This document shows, piece after piece, positions 1 through 8,465 of a stretch of DNA of 32,000 nucleotides. A program made the position numbers and the translations under genes. The notes under the pieces were generated by a model. That model had not been told where the DNA came from, made no database searches, and was given only the letters and a program-made list of their open reading frames with translations. Origin of the DNA: Candidatus Thorarchaeota archaeon. Lineage in GTDB: Archaea > Asgardarchaeota > Thorarchaeia > Thorarchaeales > Thorarchaeaceae. The stretch spans positions 1 through 32,000 of the forward strand of contig PRDJ01000035.1 of assembly GCA_003345555.1 (NCBI GenBank), given 5' to 3'. The number at the start of each line of letters is the position of its first letter. Within the stretch, counting starts at the first letter, position 1.

Positions 1-156
1 AGTGGGTTCGTTGACGGCTCGCCCGACATCGAAAATCCCACCGATTGGCTGCAGTATCCCGAGGCCGCCAGCCAATGGCCCTATCGGCATCGTGAGAATC
101 ACTATCATTACGATAGGTCCCACGAGCGAAAGGCCGAACTTGATGATCTTCTTCAC
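1..156 (-). CDS. Partial CDS running off the left edge; probable penicillin acylase (Ntn-hydrolase) family membrane-anchored protein, N-terminus only
   Basis: Not in the ORF track. GTG at 156, just after an in-frame TAA, reads MKKIIKFGLSLVGPIVMIVILTMPIGPLAGGLGILQPIGGIFDVGRAVNEPT. This is a basic N-terminus, a TM helix, then GPxxxLGxLQPxGGIFD, which resembles the N-terminal anchor of penicillin acylase family proteins as I recall them. A TATA-like AAGACTTATC lies upstream on the minus strand (~218-209). Confidence 0.5.
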   Translation of the reverse strand, partial: MKKIIKFGLSLVGPIVMIVILTMPIGPLAGGLGILQPIGGIFDVGRAVNEPT

Positions 157-345
157 GTTTCTCGCCTTGCAGCAGAGAGTTTAGTCTATGCAGATACGCA
201 AGCCACTAGATAAGTCTTGGCAGAAGGGGGATGTGCAATCTAGGAACGTGCAAAGAACTGGCCACTTCTAGCGTGGTCGCCTACTGTTTCGCTACTGATA
301 CTACTGAAGTTGTGAATACGTTGCGGCACATTGGCACCCATACTA

Positions 346-1176
346 CTACGGTGGGATATCCGTTTGCTTGAAATACATAAGATAATTGTCAGGACCAAAC
401 ACTACTACAGTGGGATCTCCGATGAACCCGGTAAATCCCGTAATCAGATCTTCCGCTAGAACTGTCAAACCGCTGCTGTTGTATTCCGCCACTGAGATCC
501 CTTTAGATCCAAGATAGTACGTGTGTAATTTACCATTAATGTAATGTGTCGAACACAGTATGCCCCCGAAACTAAAGGTGGTATCTCTCACAAGTGGCAT
601 TGATATGGAAGTTCCATTGGCTTTTAACAAAGTGCTCCCTAGATCCACGAAGAGGATCCACTCACCTGGGCTGTACTGAAATAGATCCGGATCGGTGATG
701 TTGGCTTCACTGAATAGAATCGCATCTTCGACGAAGTTGATTCCATCGAACGAGTGGCTGGTCACAATATTAGCCGGGTTTCCTCCCAAGTTACCGACAT
801 AAGTGAGCCGTATTAGTCCGCCATCGACTATCGGGTTCGGATCGACGGGGCGCGGACTATTCGACCCTGAAATCGCTACATCATATACTGCAAAGCTGTT
901 GCCGTGATTATCGCTGATGGCGACACTCAGTTTCTCACCACACTCAGCATTAATGAAATAGAGATAGACCTTGCCGTAATAATACACGGCTCCAGGGACA
1001 GATGCATGATTGAAAATCACGGTACTATTGACAGTCCAGCTCAAGCCATTGACCGAGGTGGCGGAATAGACTCTATGATAATACGGAGCCACAATATTGC
1101 AGTTAGGGTAGAGTGCGAGGGGGGCTATGACCACAACCAAGACCGCGATCAACCCCACTGCAAGGATGGGAGTCAT
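346..1176 (-). CDS. Membrane-anchored/secreted beta-propeller protein (glycoside-hydrolase GH32/43/130-like fold, Asp-box-like repeats)
   Basis: Likely start is ATG 1176 (MTPILAVGLIAVLVVVIAPLAL, hydrophobic anchor); the track start at 1236 is probably too long. Repeated Asp-box-like motifs ATSVNGLSW, ISDNHGNSF, SHSFDGINF, and blade-start motifs ASVPGAV, PVDPNPI, ITDPDLF, IGDPTVV. Confidence 0.55.
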   Translation of the reverse strand: MTPILAVGLIAVLVVVIAPLALYPNCNIVAPYYHRVYSATSVNGLSWTVNSTVIFNHASVPGAVYYYGKVYLYFINAECGEKLSVAISDNHGNSFAVYDVAISGSNSPRPVDPNPIVDGGLIRLTYVGNLGGNPANIVTSHSFDGINFVEDAILFSEANITDPDLFQYSPGEWILFVDLGSTLLKANGTSISMPLVRDTTFSFGGILCSTHYINGKLHTYYLGSKGISVAEYNSSGLTVLAEDLITGFTGFIGDPTVVVFGPDNYLMYFKQTDIPP

Positions 1177-1345
1177 GATTCTCAGTTTCTTGGAGACCAC
1201 AGTCGCTACCTCGCAAGAATAGAGGAGAGTTCGCAAGCTGGCACTTAAGGCTTTAGAGCGATTTCATGATGTCCGGTCAAGCTAACCCAGAACGACCCGG
1301 AACTACTTTCTCACCCATAGGTTCTTGAAATCCCCCTTTGTTGAC

Positions 1346-1354
1346 AAGCTTTTT
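1346..1354 (+). promoter_or_regulatory. Putative BRE/TATA element of transcarbamylase A
   Basis: AAGCTTTTT about 45 nt upstream of ATG 1396; similar motifs occur upstream of other genes in the window. Confidence 0.4.
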
Positions 1355-1395
1355 CAGCAAGATATAGACCGCACGTCACAAGGTCGTGGACTAAT

Positions 1396-2442
1396 ATGAC
1401 AAAGACCGACGGATTCAGAGGTAGAGATTTCATCACTCTACGAGATTATACCAAAGAGGAAGTTGAGACTATCTTGGAGGTCGCATCTGACCTCAAGAGG
1501 AAATTCGCAGTCGGGGAGCCACACAAGCTTCTAGACTCGAAAACGCTATTCATGATTTTCTATAACCAGAGCCTACGCACAAGAAACTCGTTCGAAGCCG
1601 GAATGACTCAGCTCGGTGGGCATGCGCACTACCTAGACCCTGACAAGATATACGCTCCCGCGCTTGAGGGTGACGAGAAGGCATACTCCACAGAACGAGT
1701 GGCTGACGTAGCCCGGGTTCTCGCACGAATGGGGCACGGGATATCGATTCGCTGTTATGGTGATCCGGTAGGCTGGATATACGGGAGAGCACATGAGATA
1801 ATCACGAATTTCGCACACTGGTCTAGCATTCCCGTTATCAATATGGAGGACGACATGTATCATCCATGTCAGGCACTCGCAGATATCTTGACGGTCAAGG
1901 AGAAATTCGGCACTTACAAGGGTGTGAAATTCGTAATGTCTTGGGCGTATTCTCCGTCTGTTCACAAGCCGCTGGCGGTACCTCAGAGTGCGGTTATCGC
2001 GGCGACCAAGATGGGCATGGACACCGTGCTAGCTCATCCAAAAGGAATGGAACTCGATGATGACATCATAACGCAGTGCAAGACATACGCTGAGGAGAAC
2101 AACAGCAGCTTCGAAATCATGAATGATATGGAGGAGGCGTTTGAGGGTGCTCAAGTTGTGTATCCCAAGTCTTGGACATGCAAGCAGTACATTCCGCCTT
2201 TCAACAGCAAGCCTGAGCTTGACAAGGCAAAGGTTGTCTTCGATAGGAACAAGCACTGGATCTGTGATGATGCAAAGATGAAGATTGCAGGATCCAAGGC
2301 TCTCTACATGCACTGCCTGCCATGCGACCGAGGTTTCGAAGTGGCGAATTCAGTCATCGATGGTCCACAGTCAATCGTGTGGGACCAAGCCGAGAACAGA
2401 CTGCACGTCCAGAAAGCAGTAATGGCATTAACCATGCGCTAG
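1396..2442 (+). CDS. Transcarbamylase family protein A, non-canonical (YgeW/N-acyl-ornithine-type, knotted clade); substrate unknown
   Basis: Carbamoyl-phosphate motifs FYNQSLRTR, HPCQALAD, HCLP and ENRLH are present. The OTCase DxxxSMG loop is absent and replaced by YPKSW. SWAYSPSVHKPLAVPQ closely resembles the YgeW TWAYSPSYGKPLSVPQ loop. Confidence 0.85.
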   Translation: MTKTDGFRGRDFITLRDYTKEEVETILEVASDLKRKFAVGEPHKLLDSKTLFMIFYNQSLRTRNSFEAGMTQLGGHAHYLDPDKIYAPALEGDEKAYSTERVADVARVLARMGHGISIRCYGDPVGWIYGRAHEIITNFAHWSSIPVINMEDDMYHPCQALADILTVKEKFGTYKGVKFVMSWAYSPSVHKPLAVPQSAVIAATKMGMDTVLAHPKGMELDDDIITQCKTYAEENNSSFEIMNDMEEAFEGAQVVYPKSWTCKQYIPPFNSKPELDKAKVVFDRNKHWICDDAKMKIAGSKALYMHCLPCDRGFEVANSVIDGPQSIVWDQAENRLHVQKAVMALTMR

Positions 2443-2490
2443 TCTTTTTCTGTATCGGGGTCACGCACGCCTGCGCAAGAGCGCCGTGAC
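2443..2490 (+). terminator. Putative terminator between the two transcarbamylases
   Basis: TCTTTTTCT directly after the stop, then a GTCACG...GCGC-AAGA-GCGC-CGTGAC hairpin (2460-2490). Confidence 0.35.
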
Positions 2491-2546
2491 GTGACCTCCG
2501 ATACATCTTAAAACCAGACGTTGTTCTTGTTTCAGCGGTGATTCTG

Positions 2547-3611
2547 ATGGCAAAGTCTGGGAAAGCGAGCTCAAAGAGCCTGTTCGGACGTGACCTCATT
2601 TGCACTCAAGAATGGAGCGTTGAGGAGTTAGAGCGAACTCTCGCCTTGGCGTTCGAGTTCAAGGCAAACCGCTTCGATCATCCTTTGAGGAATTGTCTTG
2701 ATCGCAAGACCTTCTTCATGTTCTTTTACAATCCAAGTGTGAGGACGCGTCAAAGCTTTGAATGTGCGGCTACCGAACTGGGTGGTCATGCTCAGTTCTT
2801 GGAACCTACATCAATGAGGCTGAAGACGAAGACTACTGCAGGTGAGACCATACAAGATGCGGCGAATGTTATGAGCAGGTATGCTTGCGGAATCGGAATC
2901 AGAACTCTTGAGACCGCGGTCGAACACTATGGCGAAGGTGACGAACTCCTCCGCGAATATGCAAAGTGGGCCAGTGTTCCCATCATCAGTATGGCGCATG
3001 ACAAGTTTCACCCCTGCCAAGGATTGGCTGATGTCATGGGAATGAGGATGCACGGCGGCAAGAATCTCAAGCGTAAGAAACTCCTTCAGGTCTGGGGGAA
3101 GGGAGCATTGGTGCGGTCCTGGTGCTCAGTGCAGGAGAGCATCCTGATTAATACCCGGCTCGGACTCGATGTGACCTTGGCGTACCCAGAAGGCTACGAC
3201 TTGGATCCAGAAGTGTACAAGTGGTGCGAAAGCAATGCTGCCGCATCAGGCGGCCGATTCGAAATCGTGCACGGCCTAGAGGAAGGATACAAAGGAGCTG
3301 ATTTTGTCTACAGTCGGAACTGGCAGAGTCCTGCCTTCTATGCGGATATGAAGAAAGTAGGTGTGGACGCCGCCAAGAAGAAAGAGATTGAGATGGCGGC
3401 GAAGTACGATGACTGGATCTGCAACAAAGAGTGGATGTCGAGGACGAGAAACGCATTCTTCACTCATTGCGGACCTGTCGATAGGGGAGCGGAGGTCACA
3501 GATGAAGTGTGTGACGGCCCGCGGTCCATCGTGTACGACGTAGCCGAGAATCGGTTGCATGTTCAGAAGGCGATAATGGCCTTGACAATGGCTAGCCCTA
3601 AGCAGGGTTGA
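2547..3611 (+). CDS. Transcarbamylase family protein B, diverged paralog of A; substrate unknown
   Basis: FYNPSVRTR, HPCQGLAD, YSRNW, HCGP (instead of HCLP) and ENRLH. Probable start is ATG 2547 (track start GTG 2538). Confidence 0.85.
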   Translation: MAKSGKASSKSLFGRDLICTQEWSVEELERTLALAFEFKANRFDHPLRNCLDRKTFFMFFYNPSVRTRQSFECAATELGGHAQFLEPTSMRLKTKTTAGETIQDAANVMSRYACGIGIRTLETAVEHYGEGDELLREYAKWASVPIISMAHDKFHPCQGLADVMGMRMHGGKNLKRKKLLQVWGKGALVRSWCSVQESILINTRLGLDVTLAYPEGYDLDPEVYKWCESNAAASGGRFEIVHGLEEGYKGADFVYSRNWQSPAFYADMKKVGVDAAKKKEIEMAAKYDDWICNKEWMSRTRNAFFTHCGPVDRGAEVTDEVCDGPRSIVYDVAENRLHVQKAIMALTMASPKQG

Positions 3612-3733
3612 ATCAAGGTGGAGTCGCATTAGCTGAGAGCCGACTTAGTGACAAGACGCAGGACTAGTGGTTGCACATTCCGATGCTGACACCGTGGCGG
3701 GTCGCGACTATGAGCTAGACTGGCACCCGTCAA

Positions 3734-4015
3734 CTACCATGCGCCTTGAGATGTATCGAACATCTTCGCTAAGAAATAGATAATGACGGCCACAATCAGC
3801 AATATCGCAAAAAACGCAACCACGAATGACGGGCCTGACAATTCATTCCACCAGACTAACGGCCCGAAAATCTCACTGAAGTGTATCACACCGGTCAGGT
3901 CTGCTATTACCACCAGAACAAGAGGCATTCCAACGAGTACACCTGTTGCTAATGCCAAGTATGCTGCTCTTTTAATCCAGATGCGCTTCGAATCAAGCGG
4001 TTGCTTGCTAACCAT
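3734..4015 (-). CDS. Small two-TM membrane protein, paralogous to the C-terminal domain of the upstream gene
   Basis: ATG 4015 with a CAGGAG SD-like motif upstream; KRAAYL...DLTG...FSEIFG...NELS...GAW aligns with the 3' end of 4061..4924. Confidence 0.75.
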   Translation of the reverse strand: MVSKQPLDSKRIWIKRAAYLALATGVLVGMPLVLVVIADLTGVIHFSEIFGPLVWWNELSGPSFVVAFFAILLIVAVIIYFLAKMFDTSQGAW

Positions 4016-4060
4016 CGCACTCTGCTCCTGACTCGACCATGAAGATCGATACAAAATCGA

Positions 4061-4924
4061 CTACCAGCTGCCTTCCTTCGCGCTAAAAGCTTTGAGGATG
4101 AAGTACATCATGGCTATCACTAGGAGAACAACGGACGAAAAGCCCGCCAGAAAGGCGGTTGATGACAATTCATTGAAGAATACAATGTTTCCGAAAATCT
4201 CACTAAAGGTGTGCGCGCCAGTCAAGTCCGATACCATGACCAGAAAGAAAGGTGTAGTTACAAATACAAGTGCAGCAATGGACAGGTACGCCGCACGCTT
4301 AAGCCAGAGGGATGTAGAATCGCGCTGCATCGCTTCCACTGGGGTCGCAACATGCGTTGGGGCTGTCGGTTCTATTACTTTCGTACCTCTTTTCAGCAAT
4401 CTGTCGCGGAGCGAGTCGTACTTGCCCGTCCAGTAGCCCGAGATTCTCTGCTTGCTGATGTCCTCTGTTTTTCCGAGGAGACCCCTGAGTAGAAGGGCTG
4501 AACCAATCCCGGCAATCGCTGCTGCTGTGAATGCAGCCTGGAATCCGTAGAACAGGAGAATGTTGTATGCCGCAGCTCCTATGCGAAAACCAAGCAGGGC
4601 GGCAAGCCATCCGGTGCGATTCCCGAAGATGCGAGAGCGAGTATGAAGATAGTAGGATCCAGCAATCATGGCGAAGAGCGAGAAGGAAACTATGTCAATT
4701 ACAAACCATAGAAACCACCAATCTGTGCTGAGAGCATAACGAACAAAGGGGTTGAACTCAAAGGCTGCTCCATAGCTGTTCCAGAGCAGAACCGTGTAAA
4801 TAGCATCGATCAGACCAATTGGAGTAAGGGAGAAGACAAGATATCGAACCCATTTCTCTTCCCACCAGATAGAGAGCATCTCTCTCGTTGTCATAGTGGA
4901 CAGGTCTCTTCTTCTCTTGGCCAT
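4061..4924 (-). CDS. Multi-pass membrane protein, N-terminal DUF5658-like domain plus C-terminal duplicated module
   Basis: IDAIYTVLL...FEFNPFVRYAL resembles the D-x-x-T...E-x-NP signature of DUF5658. Several hydrophobic helices. AAGCTTTTATA promoter-like element at 4977-4967. Confidence 0.65.
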   Translation of the reverse strand: MAKRRRDLSTMTTREMLSIWWEEKWVRYLVFSLTPIGLIDAIYTVLLWNSYGAAFEFNPFVRYALSTDWWFLWFVIDIVSFSLFAMIAGSYYLHTRSRIFGNRTGWLAALLGFRIGAAAYNILLFYGFQAAFTAAAIAGIGSALLLRGLLGKTEDISKQRISGYWTGKYDSLRDRLLKRGTKVIEPTAPTHVATPVEAMQRDSTSLWLKRAAYLSIAALVFVTTPFFLVMVSDLTGAHTFSEIFGNIVFFNELSSTAFLAGFSSVVLLVIAMMYFILKAFSAKEGSW

Positions 4925-5109
4925 CTGCAACTAATCGGCACCCAAGTCTCCGTCCATAAATCATCGTATAAAAGCTTCCAAATGAGCCATTTGCATCCAT
5001 GGCTGAACTTCTGCCCGGTGGTCAAATCCCCTAGCTGCAATTAGGAAGATCTCCGAAGGGTTCCTCTGCAATGTCGGGCGTATGCACAGTCGCTGTGACA
5101 CGACGGAGC

Positions 5110-5147
5110 AATGAAAAAGAAGAGTGGGCAGAGGATTGCGTTCCTCT
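5110..5147 (-). terminator. Putative terminator of the peptide-binding protein gene
   Basis: On the minus strand, the hairpin GAGGA-ACGCAA-TCCTC is followed by CTCTTCTTTTT, about 25 nt after the stop at 5170. Confidence 0.45.
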
Positions 5148-5169
5148 GCCTGTCTAGTAGATACTTAGT

Positions 5170-7050
5170 CTATGGCATAGTGTACCCCGTGGGGTAAGCC
5201 TTGTAGAAGTGGTAGAAGTACAGACCGTACCACATTGGGTTGTAGTTGTAACCGTTCATGTACACACCCTCAACGTGGAAGGTCTGAGCCTGGTATGCCC
5301 ATACGAAGGCAGCCTGATCTACCACTGCCTGCTGAATCTTGCCGTAGAGCACATTGCGCGCAGTTGGGTCTAATTCCTGAGCAGCAGCAGTGATCCAGCC
5401 GTCAACGAGAGTCGCGTTCCAACCCGTAGAGAGTTGTAGGCCGATTCTGTTCGCGTACAGTCCAGTGCTCTTCACGAACGGGACAACGTAGTCGTCCGGG
5501 TCAGCGTAGTCGGGTGCCCACCCAAGGAAGAAGAACCCGAGCTGCCTGTTGTTCAGCATGTAGAGGTAGCTTGGCCACGCCACCGACTTCACTGTTACGG
5601 TGAGCGGACTAACAGGCTGAAGCGCTAGGGGATCATCAAGGATAGCTTGTATGCCGTCCCCCATGAGCAGACAACCCTGCTGTCGGACCGTGTTCCCTTC
5701 ATTGTAGTAGATGTCCAAGTTGTAAGACATGTTGGCAAGGATGGGTTCCAATAGGCCCGAGCTCATGGCTGCGTTCCACTTTTCTACTGCCTTGTCCAAA
5801 TCGTAGCTGTACATGCGAAGGCTGTCATTGTGGCCGAACATGCCGATTGGGATAGGTCCCTGGGCCTGCTGGCCAAAGCCGTTAAGCACGTTCGCAATCA
5901 TGGTCGCGTAGTCAAAGGCGTAGGAGAATGCTTCCCTCACTTCCTTGATAACGAATGGGCTCTTTACTATGTTGTTTGAAATGTTCATGTACTCTCTCAT
6001 GTTGAATCCCATGAACATCACGTCATAGGTGGGAACCTGGCACCATAGCTTGAGCTGTGGATAGAGGGACTTCAAAGTACCGTCGCCGTTGCTACCATTG
6101 ACACGGTTCCATATGTAGAGAGCATGGGTCGTCGGCCAGTAGCCCGTATCGGTTGAGTTTGCCAAGAGATTGAGGATTCTGCTGTTGACATCGGTGTTCT
6201 GCTTGATCACTACGTTCGTGATGCTGCCAGCGTTCGGGAACTCGGCTTTCGCCGCTGTGGCTCTCCAGTAGTTGGTGTACGCCGTAAGCTGGATTTGCTC
6301 AGTCGGTACCCAGCTGGTCATCATGTACGGACCTGTACCACAGGTGTGTGTATCGACGTAGGCGTTGTGTGTACCATACTCGACTCCTCCGTTTGCTTCA
6401 ACCCAAGTCGGGCTCACGGCGCAGGCAACTGAAAAGGCCAGTACCGAGAAGAACGGAGCATACTTGAAGGCGAGCCTAAGCCGAATGGTGTAGGTATCGA
6501 GTACTATGATAGAGTGTGAGTTCGCGAACCAGTTGTCATAGGCTGCGTTGAACTCAGTGCTCGGGGCGCCGAACTCGTTGGCTGCGTCTTCAACTGCCTG
6601 ACCGCCTAGGAGTGGTTCTGCGAACATCCAAGCCGGTCCTGCGGTATCGAAGATCTTCATTACTCTGTCAAGGCTGTATTTCATAGCTGTTGCATTGAAC
6701 GGCGTACCGTCATGGAATGTTACTCCCTGCCTCAGCGTGAAAGTGTAGTTTTTACCATCGCCTGAGACCACGTAACTCGTAGCGAGCAATGGTACGCTGG
6801 GTGTCGTGTTTGTACCCACCCATTCGTACCCATACAGCGTCTCATATACATTCATGATTACTGCTCCGCCAGCGGTTTCATAGTCCACGGCGGGGTCCAA
6901 GTATTCTGCATCGCCAGCCGTCTCCTGGATGATTGTATGGATCCTTGGAGGTATGAGGGTCACGGCCGGGGGCTGCAACAGGATATACGCTCCGGCAGCG
7001 CCGACTACAATGACCACCACTACGATGGCGAGCACCATATTCTTTTCCAT
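5170..7050 (-). CDS. dppA: ABC transporter peptide/oligopeptide-binding protein (SBP family 5), N-terminal membrane anchor
   Basis: LDPAVDYE, YETLY, YTFTLRQGVTFHDGTPFNA, GTGPY, EAFSYAFDY and GWAPDYADPDD are family-5 motifs. Strong SD GAAGGAGG upstream. Confidence 0.95.
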   Translation of the reverse strand: MEKNMVLAIVVVVIVVGAAGAYILLQPPAVTLIPPRIHTIIQETAGDAEYLDPAVDYETAGGAVIMNVYETLYGYEWVGTNTTPSVPLLATSYVVSGDGKNYTFTLRQGVTFHDGTPFNATAMKYSLDRVMKIFDTAGPAWMFAEPLLGGQAVEDAANEFGAPSTEFNAAYDNWFANSHSIIVLDTYTIRLRLAFKYAPFFSVLAFSVACAVSPTWVEANGGVEYGTHNAYVDTHTCGTGPYMMTSWVPTEQIQLTAYTNYWRATAAKAEFPNAGSITNVVIKQNTDVNSRILNLLANSTDTGYWPTTHALYIWNRVNGSNGDGTLKSLYPQLKLWCQVPTYDVMFMGFNMREYMNISNNIVKSPFVIKEVREAFSYAFDYATMIANVLNGFGQQAQGPIPIGMFGHNDSLRMYSYDLDKAVEKWNAAMSSGLLEPILANMSYNLDIYYNEGNTVRQQGCLLMGDGIQAILDDPLALQPVSPLTVTVKSVAWPSYLYMLNNRQLGFFFLGWAPDYADPDDYVVPFVKSTGLYANRIGLQLSTGWNATLVDGWITAAAQELDPTARNVLYGKIQQAVVDQAAFVWAYQAQTFHVEGVYMNGYNYNPMWYGLYFYHFYKAYPTGYTMP

Positions 7051-7190
7051 GTTATCCTCCTTCTTTCGTGTTATCTAGCACAGAGGTCCTTGCGTCCCCA
7101 AAAAGGCCGCAAATTGGACCGCATAGGAGCTACACTTACGTGTTGACCCCTATACTTGTAACACGAGGCATTGTTTACTGGGACGCGTCT

Positions 7191-7260
7191 AATATAGCTT
7201 ACTACTTCTGGACCAAAGAAGAGCGCATTTTCTAATCTTGCAGTAGTCAAAAGCTATTAT
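7191..7260. promoter_or_regulatory. Back-to-back divergent promoters for dppA (-) and dppBCDF (+)
   Basis: AAGCTATATT on the minus strand (7200-7191) and AAGCTATTAT on the plus strand (7251-7260), 50 nt apart, each ~130-140 nt from the respective start codon. Confidence 0.45.
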
Positions 7261-7388
7261 AGTTGTGCAGGTGGTTACACATCATGAGCCGAACTCAACC
7301 AAAAACTTAAGTGGCGTGCAAAAACCGCAGTCCTAGCTCAAGAGGAGCAGAGGTTCGGTCCGCGGTATCAAGACTCGAGGTTTGATAG

Positions 7389-8453
7389 ATGAAGCTTAGG
7401 GATTTCATCCTTAGAAGGATAATCTTGGCTGTACCCGTTGTCTTTGGCGTACTTACGATAACTTGGTTCTTGTCTTATGTTGTGGGAAACCCGGTTGCCA
7501 TGTTCATAACAGAGCGGACTTCTCCGGCAGCCATCCCAGGAATAATCCGGGAGCACGGGTTTGATCAACCTCTGGTCATTCAGTACTTTCTGTACTTGAG
7601 AAGCCTCCTGATTGGCGATTGGGGGACTAGTTATTCAACGGGCGGTGACCGGCCAGTGTTAGAGATTATTGCCCGTAAGTTCCCCGCTACTATTGAACTT
7701 GCGATTGTCGCGATGATATTCGCCGTAGTCCTTGGCATTCCGCTCGGCATCCTCTCGGCGACAAGGAAAGACAAGCCGGCTGACCACGTCACACGGGTGT
7801 TCTCCCTAGCTGGAGTGTCAATGCCAATCTTCTGGTTCGCTCTGATGCTCAAGTATGTGTTCTTCTACCAGTTCTCCGTGTGGGGCCTTCCCTATCTGCC
7901 CAATGGCGATAGAATTGACAACGAGCTCTGGAAGGCTGTTCTCAACAACGGAGTCGGTTACGATTATACCACAAGCATAACTGGGTTTGTTCTCGTAGAT
8001 TCCCTGCTATACGGCCAACCTTTTCTGTTTTGGAATGCAGTACTCCATCTTATCATGCCGGGCTTCTGCTTGGGCTATCTAACGCTTGCTATCGTCACGA
8101 GAATGATGCGTTCAAGCATGCTCGAAGTCATGAAGGAAGACTACATCACATTGGCGCGCTCCAAGGGGCTGACCGAACGTATTGTAGTATACAGGCATGC
8201 CTTGAGGAATGCACTCATTCCGACAGTGACTGTCATTGGCTTGGCATTCGGAGGTCTAATGACCGGCGCTGTACTAACCGAGACTATCTTCAACTGGCCT
8301 GGTCTGGGTCGATGGGCGACCGGGGCAATCTTAGCGTCTGACATGGCTGCAATCAATGGCTTCGTTCTTCTAGTGGCTCTCGTTTTTGTAAGTGCAAATC
8401 TAATAGTCGATTTGGCATATGGGACGCTTGATCCTCGCATAAGATTCGGCTAG
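7389..8453 (+). CDS. dppB: ABC peptide transporter permease DppB/OppB
   Basis: GFDQPLVIQYFLYL, GDWGTS, FPATIELA, and the EAA loop RSSMLEVMKEDYITLARSKGL. Confidence 0.95.
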   Translation: MKLRDFILRRIILAVPVVFGVLTITWFLSYVVGNPVAMFITERTSPAAIPGIIREHGFDQPLVIQYFLYLRSLLIGDWGTSYSTGGDRPVLEIIARKFPATIELAIVAMIFAVVLGIPLGILSATRKDKPADHVTRVFSLAGVSMPIFWFALMLKYVFFYQFSVWGLPYLPNGDRIDNELWKAVLNNGVGYDYTTSITGFVLVDSLLYGQPFLFWNAVLHLIMPGFCLGYLTLAIVTRMMRSSMLEVMKEDYITLARSKGLTERIVVYRHALRNALIPTVTVIGLAFGGLMTGAVLTETIFNWPGLGRWATGAILASDMAAINGFVLLVALVFVSANLIVDLAYGTLDPRIRFG

Positions 8454-8465
8454 GAGAGGAAATCG

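Noticed and set aside
279-310. CTACTG repeated three times in an intergenic region
   Set aside because: Irregular spacing, only 6 nt and no spacers; not a CRISPR or convincing operator array.
5010-5035. GGTCAAATCCC resembling a tRNA T-loop
   Set aside because: Lacks TTC, and no cloverleaf or acceptor stem can be built.
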